Below are positions 19,871 to 29,600 of a stretch of DNA of 64,000 bases, in pieces. The stretch spans positions 608,001 to 672,000 of the forward strand of contig OY970061.1 in assembly GCA_963705255.1 (NCBI GenBank). The letters run 5' to 3'. Position 1 is the stretch's first letter. Every line of letters starts with the position of its first letter. The DNA is from an uncultured Methanoregulaceae archaeon. Its GTDB lineage: Archaea > Halobacteriota > Methanomicrobia > Methanomicrobiales > Methanospirillaceae. The notes beneath the pieces are model-generated. The model worked only from the letters and a program-made list of their open reading frames with translations, searched no databases and was not told the DNA's origin. The translations under genes and the position numbers were made by a program.

Positions 19871-21187
19871 TCAGGGCTTTTTATCCTGTTCAACAAAATC
19901 GAAGACAGAGCGGATGACCCCGTCCATGTTCAGGTACTCAAACTGGGCGAAGCGGCCGAGAAGCGGGATGCCGGACCGCGAGCAGAACTCCCGGATAGTG
20001 GCGATGTTCTTCTGGTACGCGAGGTCATAGACAACGTACGCGAACGGCTGGCGTTCCACGGAAGTGAAGACGATCTTCTCCGGGGTGCAGACCTGCATCG
20101 ATGTGAGCATGGCCGTCACTTCCCGGACAAGTTCATCATCCGGAAGACTGGCGATTTCGTCGCCCGGCTGGCAGGTGATCTCGGCGAGAACGGAACTGTA
20201 GCCCTCAGGGGCCGCGTGCCGGCTGAAGTTTGACGGGAACGAGACCCGGTTGGTCTTCCCGAGGTTTTTGTCCGGGATATACATCCAGGAAATCCCCGGG
20301 ATTGTGCCTCTGATGCCGATATTGACGCAGATGAGTGCGTTGTATACCAGTGCCCGGCAGGCATCGGCGACCGGTGCCGGGAGATCCTCAAGGCAGGGCA
20401 GCAGGTTCTGGACTGGTATCGTGCAGATGACCCGGTCAGCTTTGACCGTCTCCTTACCATTGCTGATAAGCCAGGCGTTGCCGGCCTTTCTGACTGAGGT
20501 CACCAAGAACCCGGTGCGGACAAATTTTTCTACCGGCCGTGCGATTGCCCGGACGAGAGCTTCGATCCCGCCGTCCAGCGGGTACGAGAAGACGGCCTGG
20601 TGCGTGTAGCCCTCGGTATCAATCCCGATTGCGGACCTGATGATGTCTTCAACCGGTGGGCGGGGAATCCGTCCGTCCACCCAGTGGAGTGACATCCTTT
20701 CCGTGGGATATTTCCAGATCTTCTCGTTGTAGGGCACCATGTAGCACTCAGCGATACCCTGGCCGAAGGTGTAATGGATCCATTCCCGGAAATTTTCCGG
20801 CTTCTTTGCCTCCCCTTTCTCAACGGCAATCAGGTTCCGGACAAAGCCGTTGATGCAGGCAAACCGGTCCCCCGGTGGCAGCTCGTGCAGCCCGTTTTCG
20901 AACGGGTACTTGACATGCCGCCCTTTGTAGAAGATCTTCGTGTTCCGGTGGTTCCGCTGCTCGTTCCCTTCGATCATACGGCGCATGAACGCGAGGACTT
21001 CGGCGTCTCTCGAGAAGATGATATGGGATCCGCCAGTATCGAACGTGAACCCGTCCTTCGTTCTCGATCGGCAGAGTCCGCCATATTCCGGCTCCGCTTC
21101 AAGGACGATGATCTCCTCCCCTTTTTCGTGCAGGAGCCGGGCAAGCGTCAGGCCGGAGAGGCCACCCCCGAGAATTGCTGTCGTCAC
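19871..21187 (-). CDS. FAD-dependent oxidoreductase (HemY-like / UDP-galactopyranose mutase-like)
   Basis: GGGLSG, GGLCRS, DTGGSHIIFS, YPFEN, PYNEKIW, GRFAQFEYLNMD. Confidence 0.85.
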   Translation of the reverse strand: MTTAILGGGLSGLTLARLLHEKGEEIIVLEAEPEYGGLCRSRTKDGFTFDTGGSHIIFSRDAEVLAFMRRMIEGNEQRNHRNTKIFYKGRHVKYPFENGLHELPPGDRFACINGFVRNLIAVEKGEAKKPENFREWIHYTFGQGIAECYMVPYNEKIWKYPTERMSLHWVDGRIPRPPVEDIIRSAIGIDTEGYTHQAVFSYPLDGGIEALVRAIARPVEKFVRTGFLVTSVRKAGNAWLISNGKETVKADRVICTIPVQNLLPCLEDLPAPVADACRALVYNALICVNIGIRGTIPGISWMYIPDKNLGKTNRVSFPSNFSRHAAPEGYSSVLAEITCQPGDEIASLPDDELVREVTAMLTSMQVCTPEKIVFTSVERQPFAYVVYDLAYQKNIATIREFCSRSGIPLLGRFAQFEYLNMDGVIRSVFDFVEQDKKP

Positions 21188-21419
21188 TGCACATACGTGC
21201 GTCGTTTGGGCATATATGATTGAGCGTACCAGGGTCGGACTGTCTGTGGCATGGGTGCAGATCCGGGCATCGGTATCCGATTCTGGAAAGTTCCGGACCC
21301 GGAGAACGGTCCGGGAACATTACGGTCTTTTTATACAGCAGCCTTCTATACCGGAAATAAAACGATACTGTTATGTCAGAACATGGCAGAGTTTTTTGAT
21401 TCCCGGAGGGTAGATCAAA

Positions 21420-22991
21420 ACGGATCTCGTTGTTCAGTTCATTCTTGCAATCCTGCCCATTCTCCTGATCTTTATCGGACTCGTTTTCCTGAAGCAGTCG
21501 GGAACACTCATGGGCATTCTCGGCTGGCTGCTGACCGTCATCCTGGCGATCCTGTTCTTCCAGACCTCGCCGGACATCGCGCTGTATGCATCCTGGAGCG
21601 GCGTACTCTCATCGTTTGGCATATCGCTGATGGTACTTTTTACTATCCTGCAGGTGACCATGATGGATGTGACCGGCGCGATTGCCCGGATCACCACGTA
21701 CATCAAGTCAATCGCGGCCGAGCGGTATGAACAGATCATGATCCTGAACGTAGGGTTCGGGTCGTTCCTGGTCTCGATCGGTGCAACGCCGGTCACGATG
21801 CTGCCGCCAATCATGCTCGCACTCGGGTTCTCCCCTCTAGCTGCGGTTGCCCTGCCCTGTCTCGGGTACGACCCGCTCACCTCCTTCTCGCTCCTCGCAG
21901 TCCCGATCACGATCCCAGCCTCGGTCTTCAACTTCGACCCCAAGCTCCTCGGCTGCACGATCGCCCTCTTCCTGCCAGTCATCTCGACCGGTATTGCGCT
22001 GGGCATGCTCTGGGTCGCGGACGGGTTCGAAGGCGTAAAGAAAGGATTCTCCACGGCACTGGTTGCGGGCCTGACACTCGGTTTCTCTGCAATCGTCTTT
22101 GTCAATCTCCTCCCGGGGTCTGCCATAGGACTCGTCGGTGTCTTCTCGGGTCTTGTAACGATTGCGGTCCTCTTCCTCCTGAGGGCCATCCGGGGAAAGC
22201 CGATCGATACAGCCACTCCTGCCGACACTTCTGCAACGGATACCGGCATGCCGCTCTGGAGGGCAGCCTTCCCCTGGATATTACTCGTAACGTTTGCAAT
22301 CATCATCAGCATCCCCGTCATCCAGACCGGCCTCTACACCTTCCTCGGGCCGATCCAGAAGATCCCCGTCGTGGCCAATAAATTCGTTGACCTGAAGCTC
22401 CTGAACCAGGCCTACTTCTGGGTGCTCGTCAGCACCATCATCGCCGCACCGCTCCTTGTCCGGGGCGGCAAAGAGGCAAAGCATATCCTCACCCTCTGGG
22501 TAAAGCGTGCCTGGAGCCCGACCCTTGCCGCGATGGTCTTCTTTGCGATCGCCTATGTCATGGACTGGTCCGGCCAGTCGGTGATCAACGGGGCCGTGAC
22601 TTTTGCCCCCGGGGCGAATGCCTTCAACATGAACGTGGTGATCGGGCTGTCGCTTGCCCTCGCCTTCGGCATTGCGTTCCCGCTGTTCAGCCCGACACTG
22701 GGCCTCTTTGGAGCCTTCGTCTCCGGAAGCGAGTCGTCCTCAAACGTCATGTTCTACGGCATCCTCAAGAAGTCAACCGATGTCCTGAACCTTAACTTTA
22801 TCCAGGTCTATGCCGCGCACGCGGTTGCCGGTGGTATTGCTTCGGGAGTGGCCGTGGCGAAGATCATCAACGCGGCAGCGGTCGTAGACAAGCTGGGTAT
22901 TGAAGGGGAAGTGGTCCGCAAGGTTGCACCGGTTGCGATCGTGCTGACGATCCTGACCGGCGTGATGCTCGTTGTGATGCTGGTCCTCTGA
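21420..22991 (+). CDS. L-lactate permease (LctP) family transporter
   Basis: Many TM helices, GAFVSGSESSSNVMF; the frame extends upstream to an ACG after GGAGG. Confidence 0.8.
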   Translation, partial: TDLVVQFILAILPILLIFIGLVFLKQSGTLMGILGWLLTVILAILFFQTSPDIALYASWSGVLSSFGISLMVLFTILQVTMMDVTGAIARITTYIKSIAAERYEQIMILNVGFGSFLVSIGATPVTMLPPIMLALGFSPLAAVALPCLGYDPLTSFSLLAVPITIPASVFNFDPKLLGCTIALFLPVISTGIALGMLWVADGFEGVKKGFSTALVAGLTLGFSAIVFVNLLPGSAIGLVGVFSGLVTIAVLFLLRAIRGKPIDTATPADTSATDTGMPLWRAAFPWILLVTFAIIISIPVIQTGLYTFLGPIQKIPVVANKFVDLKLLNQAYFWVLVSTIIAAPLLVRGGKEAKHILTLWVKRAWSPTLAAMVFFAIAYVMDWSGQSVINGAVTFAPGANAFNMNVVIGLSLALAFGIAFPLFSPTLGLFGAFVSGSESSSNVMFYGILKKSTDVLNLNFIQVYAAHAVAGGIASGVAVAKIINAAAVVDKLGIEGEVVRKVAPVAIVLTILTGVMLVVMLVL

Positions 22992-23229
22992 TCCCTTTTT
23001 CGGTGCATCCTGCAAACACTATCCACCAATTCTGCTTTTTTTAATGGCATTTCAGTACCGTCTTTGGATAGCGTGGTCCGGCCGCCGGAGAGGATCGATC
23101 CGGATCCTGCCGGAAAAATTACCAACACCTCATGGTTTGACAAATGTCAATTTCCGGATGGGCACCCGTGCCCTTTGATGGACGAGTCTTTTTATTATTC
23201 GTGGATCAATCTCCTTTCAAGGTACCGGC

Positions 23230-23743
23230 ATGCCCAGGATCTGCCCGCACTGCGGGAAGGAATCAGACGAGGAGTCTCCGCGGTTCTGCAGCGGATGCGG
23301 TGCCCGGATGGACGGGAGCACCCCGCCGGGTACCGGGATACTTCACCCCATCCCGGGATCAGAAGAACCCGCTGATCGCGGGAGTCTGCTCATCCGTGCT
23401 TCCCGGTCTCGGGCAGGTATACAACGGTGAGACCGCAAAAGGGGTTGTCGTCTTTCTCCTCGCCCTCGCGGGACTGGCCTTCTTCCTGATCCCCGGCCTC
23501 ATCGCGTGGTTCTACGGGATGTACAATGCGTATTCCGTGGCGGGAAAGATGAACACCGGGGAGATCGCGTTCCGCGAGACCAGGACGCTTCACATGGTCT
23601 TGTTCATCGTCTTCGCCCTCGTCGTGATCGCTGTCGCGCTCCTGATACTCATCACGATGGTGATAGCGCCCCTGATGAACCAGTTTGGTTCGCTCGATAC
23701 CGGTGATTACCGTACACTGCTCGATACCAACGGATTGGTATGA
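23230..23743 (+). CDS. Zinc-ribbon + TM2-like membrane protein (frameshifted)
   Basis: CPHCG...FCSGCG then, in another frame, KNPLIAGVCSSVLPGLGQVYNG. Confidence 0.75.
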
Positions 23744-23985
23744 TCGGATGGACCGGTTGATCGGAAGTTACTGAAAATCAGAGTATACAGGAGAGATGCA
23801 CTGCCCTCATGCCGGATTGATCCGGGAACGTTTATGATATGCGATGCATCGGCAGCTTCCCGAATGTAAAAAACCAGGCCATCGGGGAGGGCGGAGAATT
23901 TAAAATCAGACAGGCAGACCTGTCATGGTCTTCTGAATATCTCGTCTGGATAGAACCGGCACGGTGAAGTTATGCAGTCGTACGG

Positions 23986-24400
23986 TTACTCCACCTCTCC
24001 TTCAATCGTTACGGTCTTCTCTTCGACCGGAATCGTGACCCCGGCCCTTGCAAGCGCCTTATCCACAACGTACCGCACTCCACTGCAGCAGGGTACTTCC
24101 CTATGGAGGGGCGTGATCGACTGGATCGTGCGCTGAACAAAATCTCCGCGAGTTTTTTAATATAACCTTCAATGTCCGAATCGAGTTTTTGACAGAAGAT
24201 GATCAGGTCCTGCTCTGCAGGAACTCCGCGTGAAACCCGGGGTAGGCGAACGGGACGCAGTCCGCGGAGGTGAGGATGTCTGCGTTGTCGAAGTACGGGG
24301 CCGCGGGGTTCAGGAGCGCGAGCTGGACCGGCCACTGCCGGAGTTCGGATGCGGTCGTCCCGCCCATCTCGGTGAGTCCGTCAGCGCTCACCCGGAAGAC
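23986..24400 (-). pseudogene. Decayed C-terminal half of an Fe-S cluster-binding oxidoreductase
   Basis: SELRQWPVQL...ADCVPFAY, then IIFCQKLD and EVPCCSG in other frames; N-terminus absent. Confidence 0.7.
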
Positions 24401-24604
24401 CCTCCAGGTGCCGTACCGGAGCGGAGCCGGATCTCGCGGGAGATGACGGCTTCCTGCGAGACCGACCGCGGCTGGAGAATTTCACGCCGGAATTCTGTTG
24501 TAATCTTCGGCAGTTGCGCAAGGATCCGTGCCGCAAATTTCACGCGGACGATTTTTTATCACAACTGGTGCAAACACCACACCGACGGTAAATGCTACTT
24601 CTCG

Positions 24605-25579
24605 TTACCGGTGCTGTATCAGGTATACGACCAATACAAGTAATGCTGAAACTACCAGAAAAGCGATAAAGATCAGAATGCTTCGCAGCCATATCTGGCG
24701 GTTGGTGAGCAATCCTCCGGCCGCCGGTTCCAGTTCAAGTCGGAATTGCGATAAATCGAGCTCTGCAAAATGCTGTAAATCGTACCGGAACGCGTTAGCG
24801 GATTGATAGCGCTCGTCTGAATTGCGGCGTATCGACTTGAGCACCACGGCCTCTATGCCCGGTGGAATTGATGGCTGGAACATGCGTGGCGAGGCAGGAA
24901 TTGCCGTGAGGTGCTGGTTCATGACAGAAAGGGCATTATCCCCGTGAAATGGGAGGGTGCCCGTAAACATTTCATAGACAATCATTCCCAGTGCGTACAC
25001 ATCAGTACGGGAATCCCCGCGTTTTCCCTGGATCTGTTCAGGTGCCATATAATCCGGTGTTCCAAAGGTATTTGATGCCCACCGCCACGTTACACGCCTG
25101 GAACCTTCAAGCAATGCGCTCCCAAAGTCGAGGATGTGAATTTTACCATCAGGTCCGACAACAACATTTTCTGGTTTCAGGTCACGATGATAAACCCCGT
25201 GAGCATGAAGATAATCTATTGTATCAGCGAGCTGGTCTGCAAGAGAGAGAACTTCGTTGAGGGGTAAAGGTGCATTTTCGCTTATATAGGTGCGGAGTGA
25301 TGTGCCTTCGATATATTCCAGGACAAGGACGACGCAGTCAGTTCCTTCCTTAAAGGTGATCGCTTTTGGGATTGCGGGATGGTTTAACTTCTGCCCGATA
25401 GAAACCTCCCGACGAAAACGCTCATACGTTGCCAGATCGCCAAGCAGGGATGCCTCAGGAAATTTAAGTATTACCAGCTTACCATCGGGAGCGCTTGCCT
25501 TGTAGATCTGGCTGAATCCTCCTTGGGCGAGTAATCCTATTATTTTATAATCGCAGACCACGTCGCCAGTTTTATACAT
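24605..25579 (-). CDS. Hanks-type Ser/Thr protein kinase with a C-terminal TM anchor
   Basis: AQGGFSQIY, VILK, RFRRE, HRDLKPEN, DFG, GTPDYMAPEQ, DVYALG; hydrophobic C-terminus. Confidence 0.96.
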   Translation of the reverse strand: MYKTGDVVCDYKIIGLLAQGGFSQIYKASAPDGKLVILKFPEASLLGDLATYERFRREVSIGQKLNHPAIPKAITFKEGTDCVVLVLEYIEGTSLRTYISENAPLPLNEVLSLADQLADTIDYLHAHGVYHRDLKPENVVVGPDGKIHILDFGSALLEGSRRVTWRWASNTFGTPDYMAPEQIQGKRGDSRTDVYALGMIVYEMFTGTLPFHGDNALSVMNQHLTAIPASPRMFQPSIPPGIEAVVLKSIRRNSDERYQSANAFRYDLQHFAELDLSQFRLELEPAAGGLLTNRQIWLRSILIFIAFLVVSALLVLVVYLIQHR

Positions 25580-25713
25580 TACGGTACCTCACTTCCCCGT
25601 TGCAGAGATTAATCCATGGAGTCTGGGGAAACCAAAGCAGATAATTCTATCAGAAATTATTTTTATTCCTTTATTATCTTAGGTAACGATGCTGGTACAT
25701 GATATAGTATGAG

Positions 25714-26559
25714 TTACTGTCTTCCCAGGATTCTCTTCCAGGAAAACCGCGGTGCAGCTTGGGGGCCTATCGTTTCTATCCGAAACATAATGGCGGTTAT
25801 ATTATCCGGTGCTCCACCCCTTAACGCAAACCGGACCAGTTTTTCACACGCTGAACTGATATCATTTTCCTGTATTGTGACCAGAATTTCCTCCTCGGTG
25901 AGTTCTGACCACAATCCGTCACTGCAGAGGAGATAGATGTCACCGGGTAGCGGTCGTTCGCGTATTATATCTGCATTCATGAATGGCTCGCCGCCAACAG
26001 AACGGGTAAGCTGGTGGCGCCCCGGATGCTGAGACGCCTGTTCTGTGGAGATCAAGTGCAGGGTAAGCAGATCATTTGCCATCGTATGATCCCGGGTCAA
26101 TAACCCGATGCGGCCATCTCTCACCCGGTAAAGCCGGCAGTCCCCTACATGGCCAATGGTTAACGAATCCTGATCTAATGCGACAACCGTTAATGTTGTC
26201 TGCATTTTATGGAATAATTCAGGATCCAGTTGAGCCTTGCTGAATACGTTCTGGTTTGCCTGCTGCAAAGCACGGCCAACCAGACGGTCCGCCTCCCCAC
26301 CCTGCCATGTATGAAATTCATCTTTAACAGATTTCAGGGCCATTCTGCTGGCAATGGCTCCGCCGCGGTGCCCGCCGAGCCCATCGGCAACTGCGAAGAG
26401 ATACCGCGAGGTCGACTCAGTCTCTGTTTTTACTTCGACCGAATGGGCGACCCAATGGGCATCCTCGTTCTGCGATCGCATCAAACCCTGGTGGGTGATC
26501 GCCCGCCACTTCACAATCACTCCGACCAGGTTTGGCGTCTTCTCTTTCAGTTGCGTCAT
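25714..26559 (-). CDS. PP2C/PPM-family Ser/Thr phosphatase
   Basis: RSQNED, VADGLGGH, HVGDCR, LTRDH, LLCSDGL, DNIT. Confidence 0.96.
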   Translation of the reverse strand: MTQLKEKTPNLVGVIVKWRAITHQGLMRSQNEDAHWVAHSVEVKTETESTSRYLFAVADGLGGHRGGAIASRMALKSVKDEFHTWQGGEADRLVGRALQQANQNVFSKAQLDPELFHKMQTTLTVVALDQDSLTIGHVGDCRLYRVRDGRIGLLTRDHTMANDLLTLHLISTEQASQHPGRHQLTRSVGGEPFMNADIIRERPLPGDIYLLCSDGLWSELTEEEILVTIQENDISSACEKLVRFALRGGAPDNITAIMFRIETIGPQAAPRFSWKRILGRQ

Positions 26560-26703
26560 GGAATTTTCTTTCATTAATGACCACACGTTCCTGTCAACAA
26601 TTAAAAGTGAGAGGGCCCGGATCCGGGCGCTTTTTCATCACTTGCTCACCTCTGGCATTTTTGTTTCATGTTTATCTCTATCAAGGGGGTCAATCTTCTG
26701 CCA

Positions 26704-28284
26704 TTACTCTTTATCCAATCCATTTGCCTGGGGCACATTCGTGGTCAGTACCGGGAGACCCTCTTTCTTCGAGTTATGAATGAACCAGGTCTGACCCGGC
26801 CACCAGCCAGACGGCAACCATTGCGAGCGCAATAATTGCATCGTTTGCTGTGTTTCCCCCGGCACTGATACCGAGCCAGATAACTGCCCCGAACATAACA
26901 AAATTCGCCAGGAAACCCAGTAAGGGGACCAGCTTGTGTTTCAGGATACTGGAATCAGGACGGTGGAAGAACGCCCACAGGGCAATCAGATTGGTCAAGC
27001 CATAGAGAAGGAAGGTGCCTGTGTTGGATGCCAGCGTGATCTGGGTCAGGTTATCCACATTCAGTACCCTGTACGCGCCGAGTGCGGCAGATACCGCCAC
27101 GAGAATCCAAATGCCATAGTGCGGTGTGTCGTACTTTCCATGCAGAACGCCCAGCAGGGTGGGTACCTCTTTTTCCTTGCCCATAGCATAGGTGATGCGG
27201 ACGCCGGTGTTCAGGCAGGCAAGGGTAGTACCAATCAGTGCCAGCACTACCGTCGCAGCAAATATAATCACAAGAATGAACCCGGTACCACCGAGCATCT
27301 GGTCACCGATAACCCGCATCATATCCCCGATGGGAGCCCCGGATGCCGCAACTGCCCCCCAGCCCGAAACTGCAGCTCCTGTTGAATCGGTGCCAGTCAA
27401 TTGAGGGCCGACAAAATAAATGGCAGCGAAGTATTCGAATAAATAGGCAAACGCGCCCTGGATGATAAGAGAGAGAAGGATTGCTCGTTTGATATCCTTC
27501 TTTGGCTGGAGCGCTTCGGAACCTAAGGAGGTCACCGACTCGAAGCCCACCAGTAACAGAATTGCGATGGTCGATTGGAAGAGCAGGTTGGTGAAGTTGT
27601 GCGGAATAAGAATGGAAGAAGCGGTTTGTACATACGCCAGTTCCGGATGTGCGTGCCGGTACAGGATGGCCAGGATCGAAAAGGCAATGAGTGCCGCCAG
27701 CTGGATTGCATTAATAACTATCGCGGTCATGGTCGAACCGGTTATCCCGCGATACGCGATATAGCCGTTCAGGACCGCAAACAGGATGGCTACGAGAATC
27801 TGCTGCCACACTGCTAGGGTGATGCCAAACAAGCCGAAGATGTAGACGATCAGAATGGCCGAGAAGGCCACCATGATCCCCGGATAAATCCAATAATAGA
27901 GATGCGATATCCAGCCCACCAAAAATTTGGCAATACGCGCCCATTTACGGTGCCCGGCCTTTTCTTTTTCAAGAAATGAGGCTTCGGCATAATAATAGGT
28001 AGAGCCGGAACCGGCTTTGGGATATATATTCGCCAGCTCGGCATAGGAAATTGCTGTTAGGAATGCCAGGATGAGCGCGGCCAACAGGCCGGTCCACATC
28101 TCGCCTGCAGTTGTTACACCACCGTTCGTCTGCGCTGCCTGTATCTGGAAGGTGGTCCAGAGAAAGGCTCCCGGAGCAATAAGCGCCATGGCATTCACCA
28201 GAAGCGAGGTCAGGTTCAGCGTGCGTTTCATTGTTCCTGTGGTCTGGCCCCGGTCGTCTGGTTATTACTTTGTGCTTGATCCAT
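26704..28284 (-). CDS. APC-superfamily amino acid/amine permease (indels at both ends)
   Basis: About 12 TM helices, ALIAPGAF, SYAELA, GFES; the SD (AAGGAGG)-preceded ATG at 28284 and the C-terminal tail (...NGLDKE*) each need a small indel. Confidence 0.88.
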
Positions 28285-28323
28285 CAATCAAATCCTCCTT
28301 AACCAAATCATGAACGTGTACAT

Positions 28324-28360
28324 GGAAGGATATTTCCTTCTATATATTATAAATATTCCT
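28324..28360 (-). promoter_or_regulatory. TATA box + perfect NrpR-type operator GGAA-N6-TTCC upstream of the permease
   Basis: Minus strand reads TTTATAATATATAGAA-GGAAATATCCTTCC; operator at 28324-28337. Confidence 0.8.
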
Positions 28361-28545
28361 ATTTAATCAAAATAAAAACACAAAGCATACCGAATTAATG
28401 ATACTGCTAGTAAAAATCAGCTTGATAATTGTGTGAACATTTCAAATTTCCTGATAAAAACTTAAGAACATACTAGGGAGAAGAAAATTCTGGAGTACTG
28501 AAAAAGGAAGGATAGTCCTTTGTTGAAGATTCCTTCATCCAAATT

Positions 28546-28875
28546 TCATCTCCAAGTTTCATCAGTACGCACTTTGGCCATCATCTCAACCGGCAGGATA
28601 AATATTTTTCCATCACCGAACTTTCCTGTCCTGCCGGTGGCACGGATGATCGAGATGATTGTATCGACATCCTGGTCATTTACGACCATCATAAGCATGA
28701 TCTTGGGCAAGGTATCAACTTCAACCATTTCTCCCCGGTATTCAAGTGTAATACCTTTTTGTTCTCCTCTGCCAGTTATCTCAAGAATGCTCATGGCAAC
28801 AAAACCCTTCTCCTCAAGGGCTTTTTTTATCGTATCGAGTTTGTCAGGCCGTATAATTGCATGAACCATTTTCAT
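28546..28875 (-). CDS. P-II family nitrogen regulatory protein (GlnK-like)
   Basis: MKMVHAIIRP, GRGEQKG, RTGKFGDGKIFILPV; SD GAGGTG upstream. Confidence 0.95.
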   Translation of the reverse strand: MKMVHAIIRPDKLDTIKKALEEKGFVAMSILEITGRGEQKGITLEYRGEMVEVDTLPKIMLMMVVNDQDVDTIISIIRATGRTGKFGDGKIFILPVEMMAKVRTDETWR

Positions 28876-29007
28876 AAACTTTTCACCTCTCTCTTTGTCA
28901 AGATTGTTTGCTATTTGCATTTGATGCATTTTTGTTATCGGAATGAATAGCATAAGAACCATTCTTAAACTATACCAATAATATCTGTATATTCTGATAT
29001 TGTAATT

Positions 29008-29044
29008 AGAAATATTTATATTATATAGAAGGAAACATCCTTCT
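29008..29044 (+). promoter_or_regulatory. TATA box + NrpR-type operator with one mismatch (GGAA-N6-TTCT), directly before the GNAT start
   Basis: TTTATATTATATAGAA-GGAAACATCCTTCT; 33/37 identical to the reverse complement of 28324-28360. Confidence 0.7.
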
Positions 29045-29045
29045 A

Positions 29046-29600
29046 ATGCAACAAGAAATCCGATTATATATCGAAAAACTTAGCAAAGAAAATTTTGATA
29101 ATTTAATTTATCTTCGTACAAAATTTATTGGATCAGAGACTTGGCATCTTGACATTACAGTAATAAATAGACTGAAAGAGGATGCATTTTCAAAAAATCC
29201 TAAATACGAAGCGTATTTAGGGAAAATTGGAGTGGATTGGGTGGCTTATGTAATAATTACAATGTCTTATTCGACTTTTATGGCATTGCCCAGCATTTTT
29301 GTAAATGAAATATTTGTTTTAGATAAGTTTAGGGGTCTTGGAATTGGGCGGGCAATGTTTGAATTTTGCCTAAGAAAAGCAAAAAAAAGAGGTTGCGGAA
29401 AAATTGAGATACCAGTTCGTAACCGAAATAAAAAAGCAAAAAGTTTTTTTGAATTTAACGGAGCTGTTCCGAATGATATGACCTATTATCAGATGGATCC
29501 CTTTGACAAAATAATAGGAAAACCTTCGGGAAAGATGACGTATGCGGATTTCATCAGAAAGAAAAGAACAAATAAACTTTTCCGAGTATATTTCAGTTAG
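29046..29600 (+). CDS. GNAT acetyltransferase, SSAT/diamine N-acetyltransferase-like
   Basis: YSTF...IFVNEIFV, RGLGIG acetyl-CoA motif, AKKRGCGK; very AT-rich. Confidence 0.8.
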   Translation: MQQEIRLYIEKLSKENFDNLIYLRTKFIGSETWHLDITVINRLKEDAFSKNPKYEAYLGKIGVDWVAYVIITMSYSTFMALPSIFVNEIFVLDKFRGLGIGRAMFEFCLRKAKKRGCGKIEIPVRNRNKKAKSFFEFNGAVPNDMTYYQMDPFDKIIGKPSGKMTYADFIRKKRTNKLFRVYFS

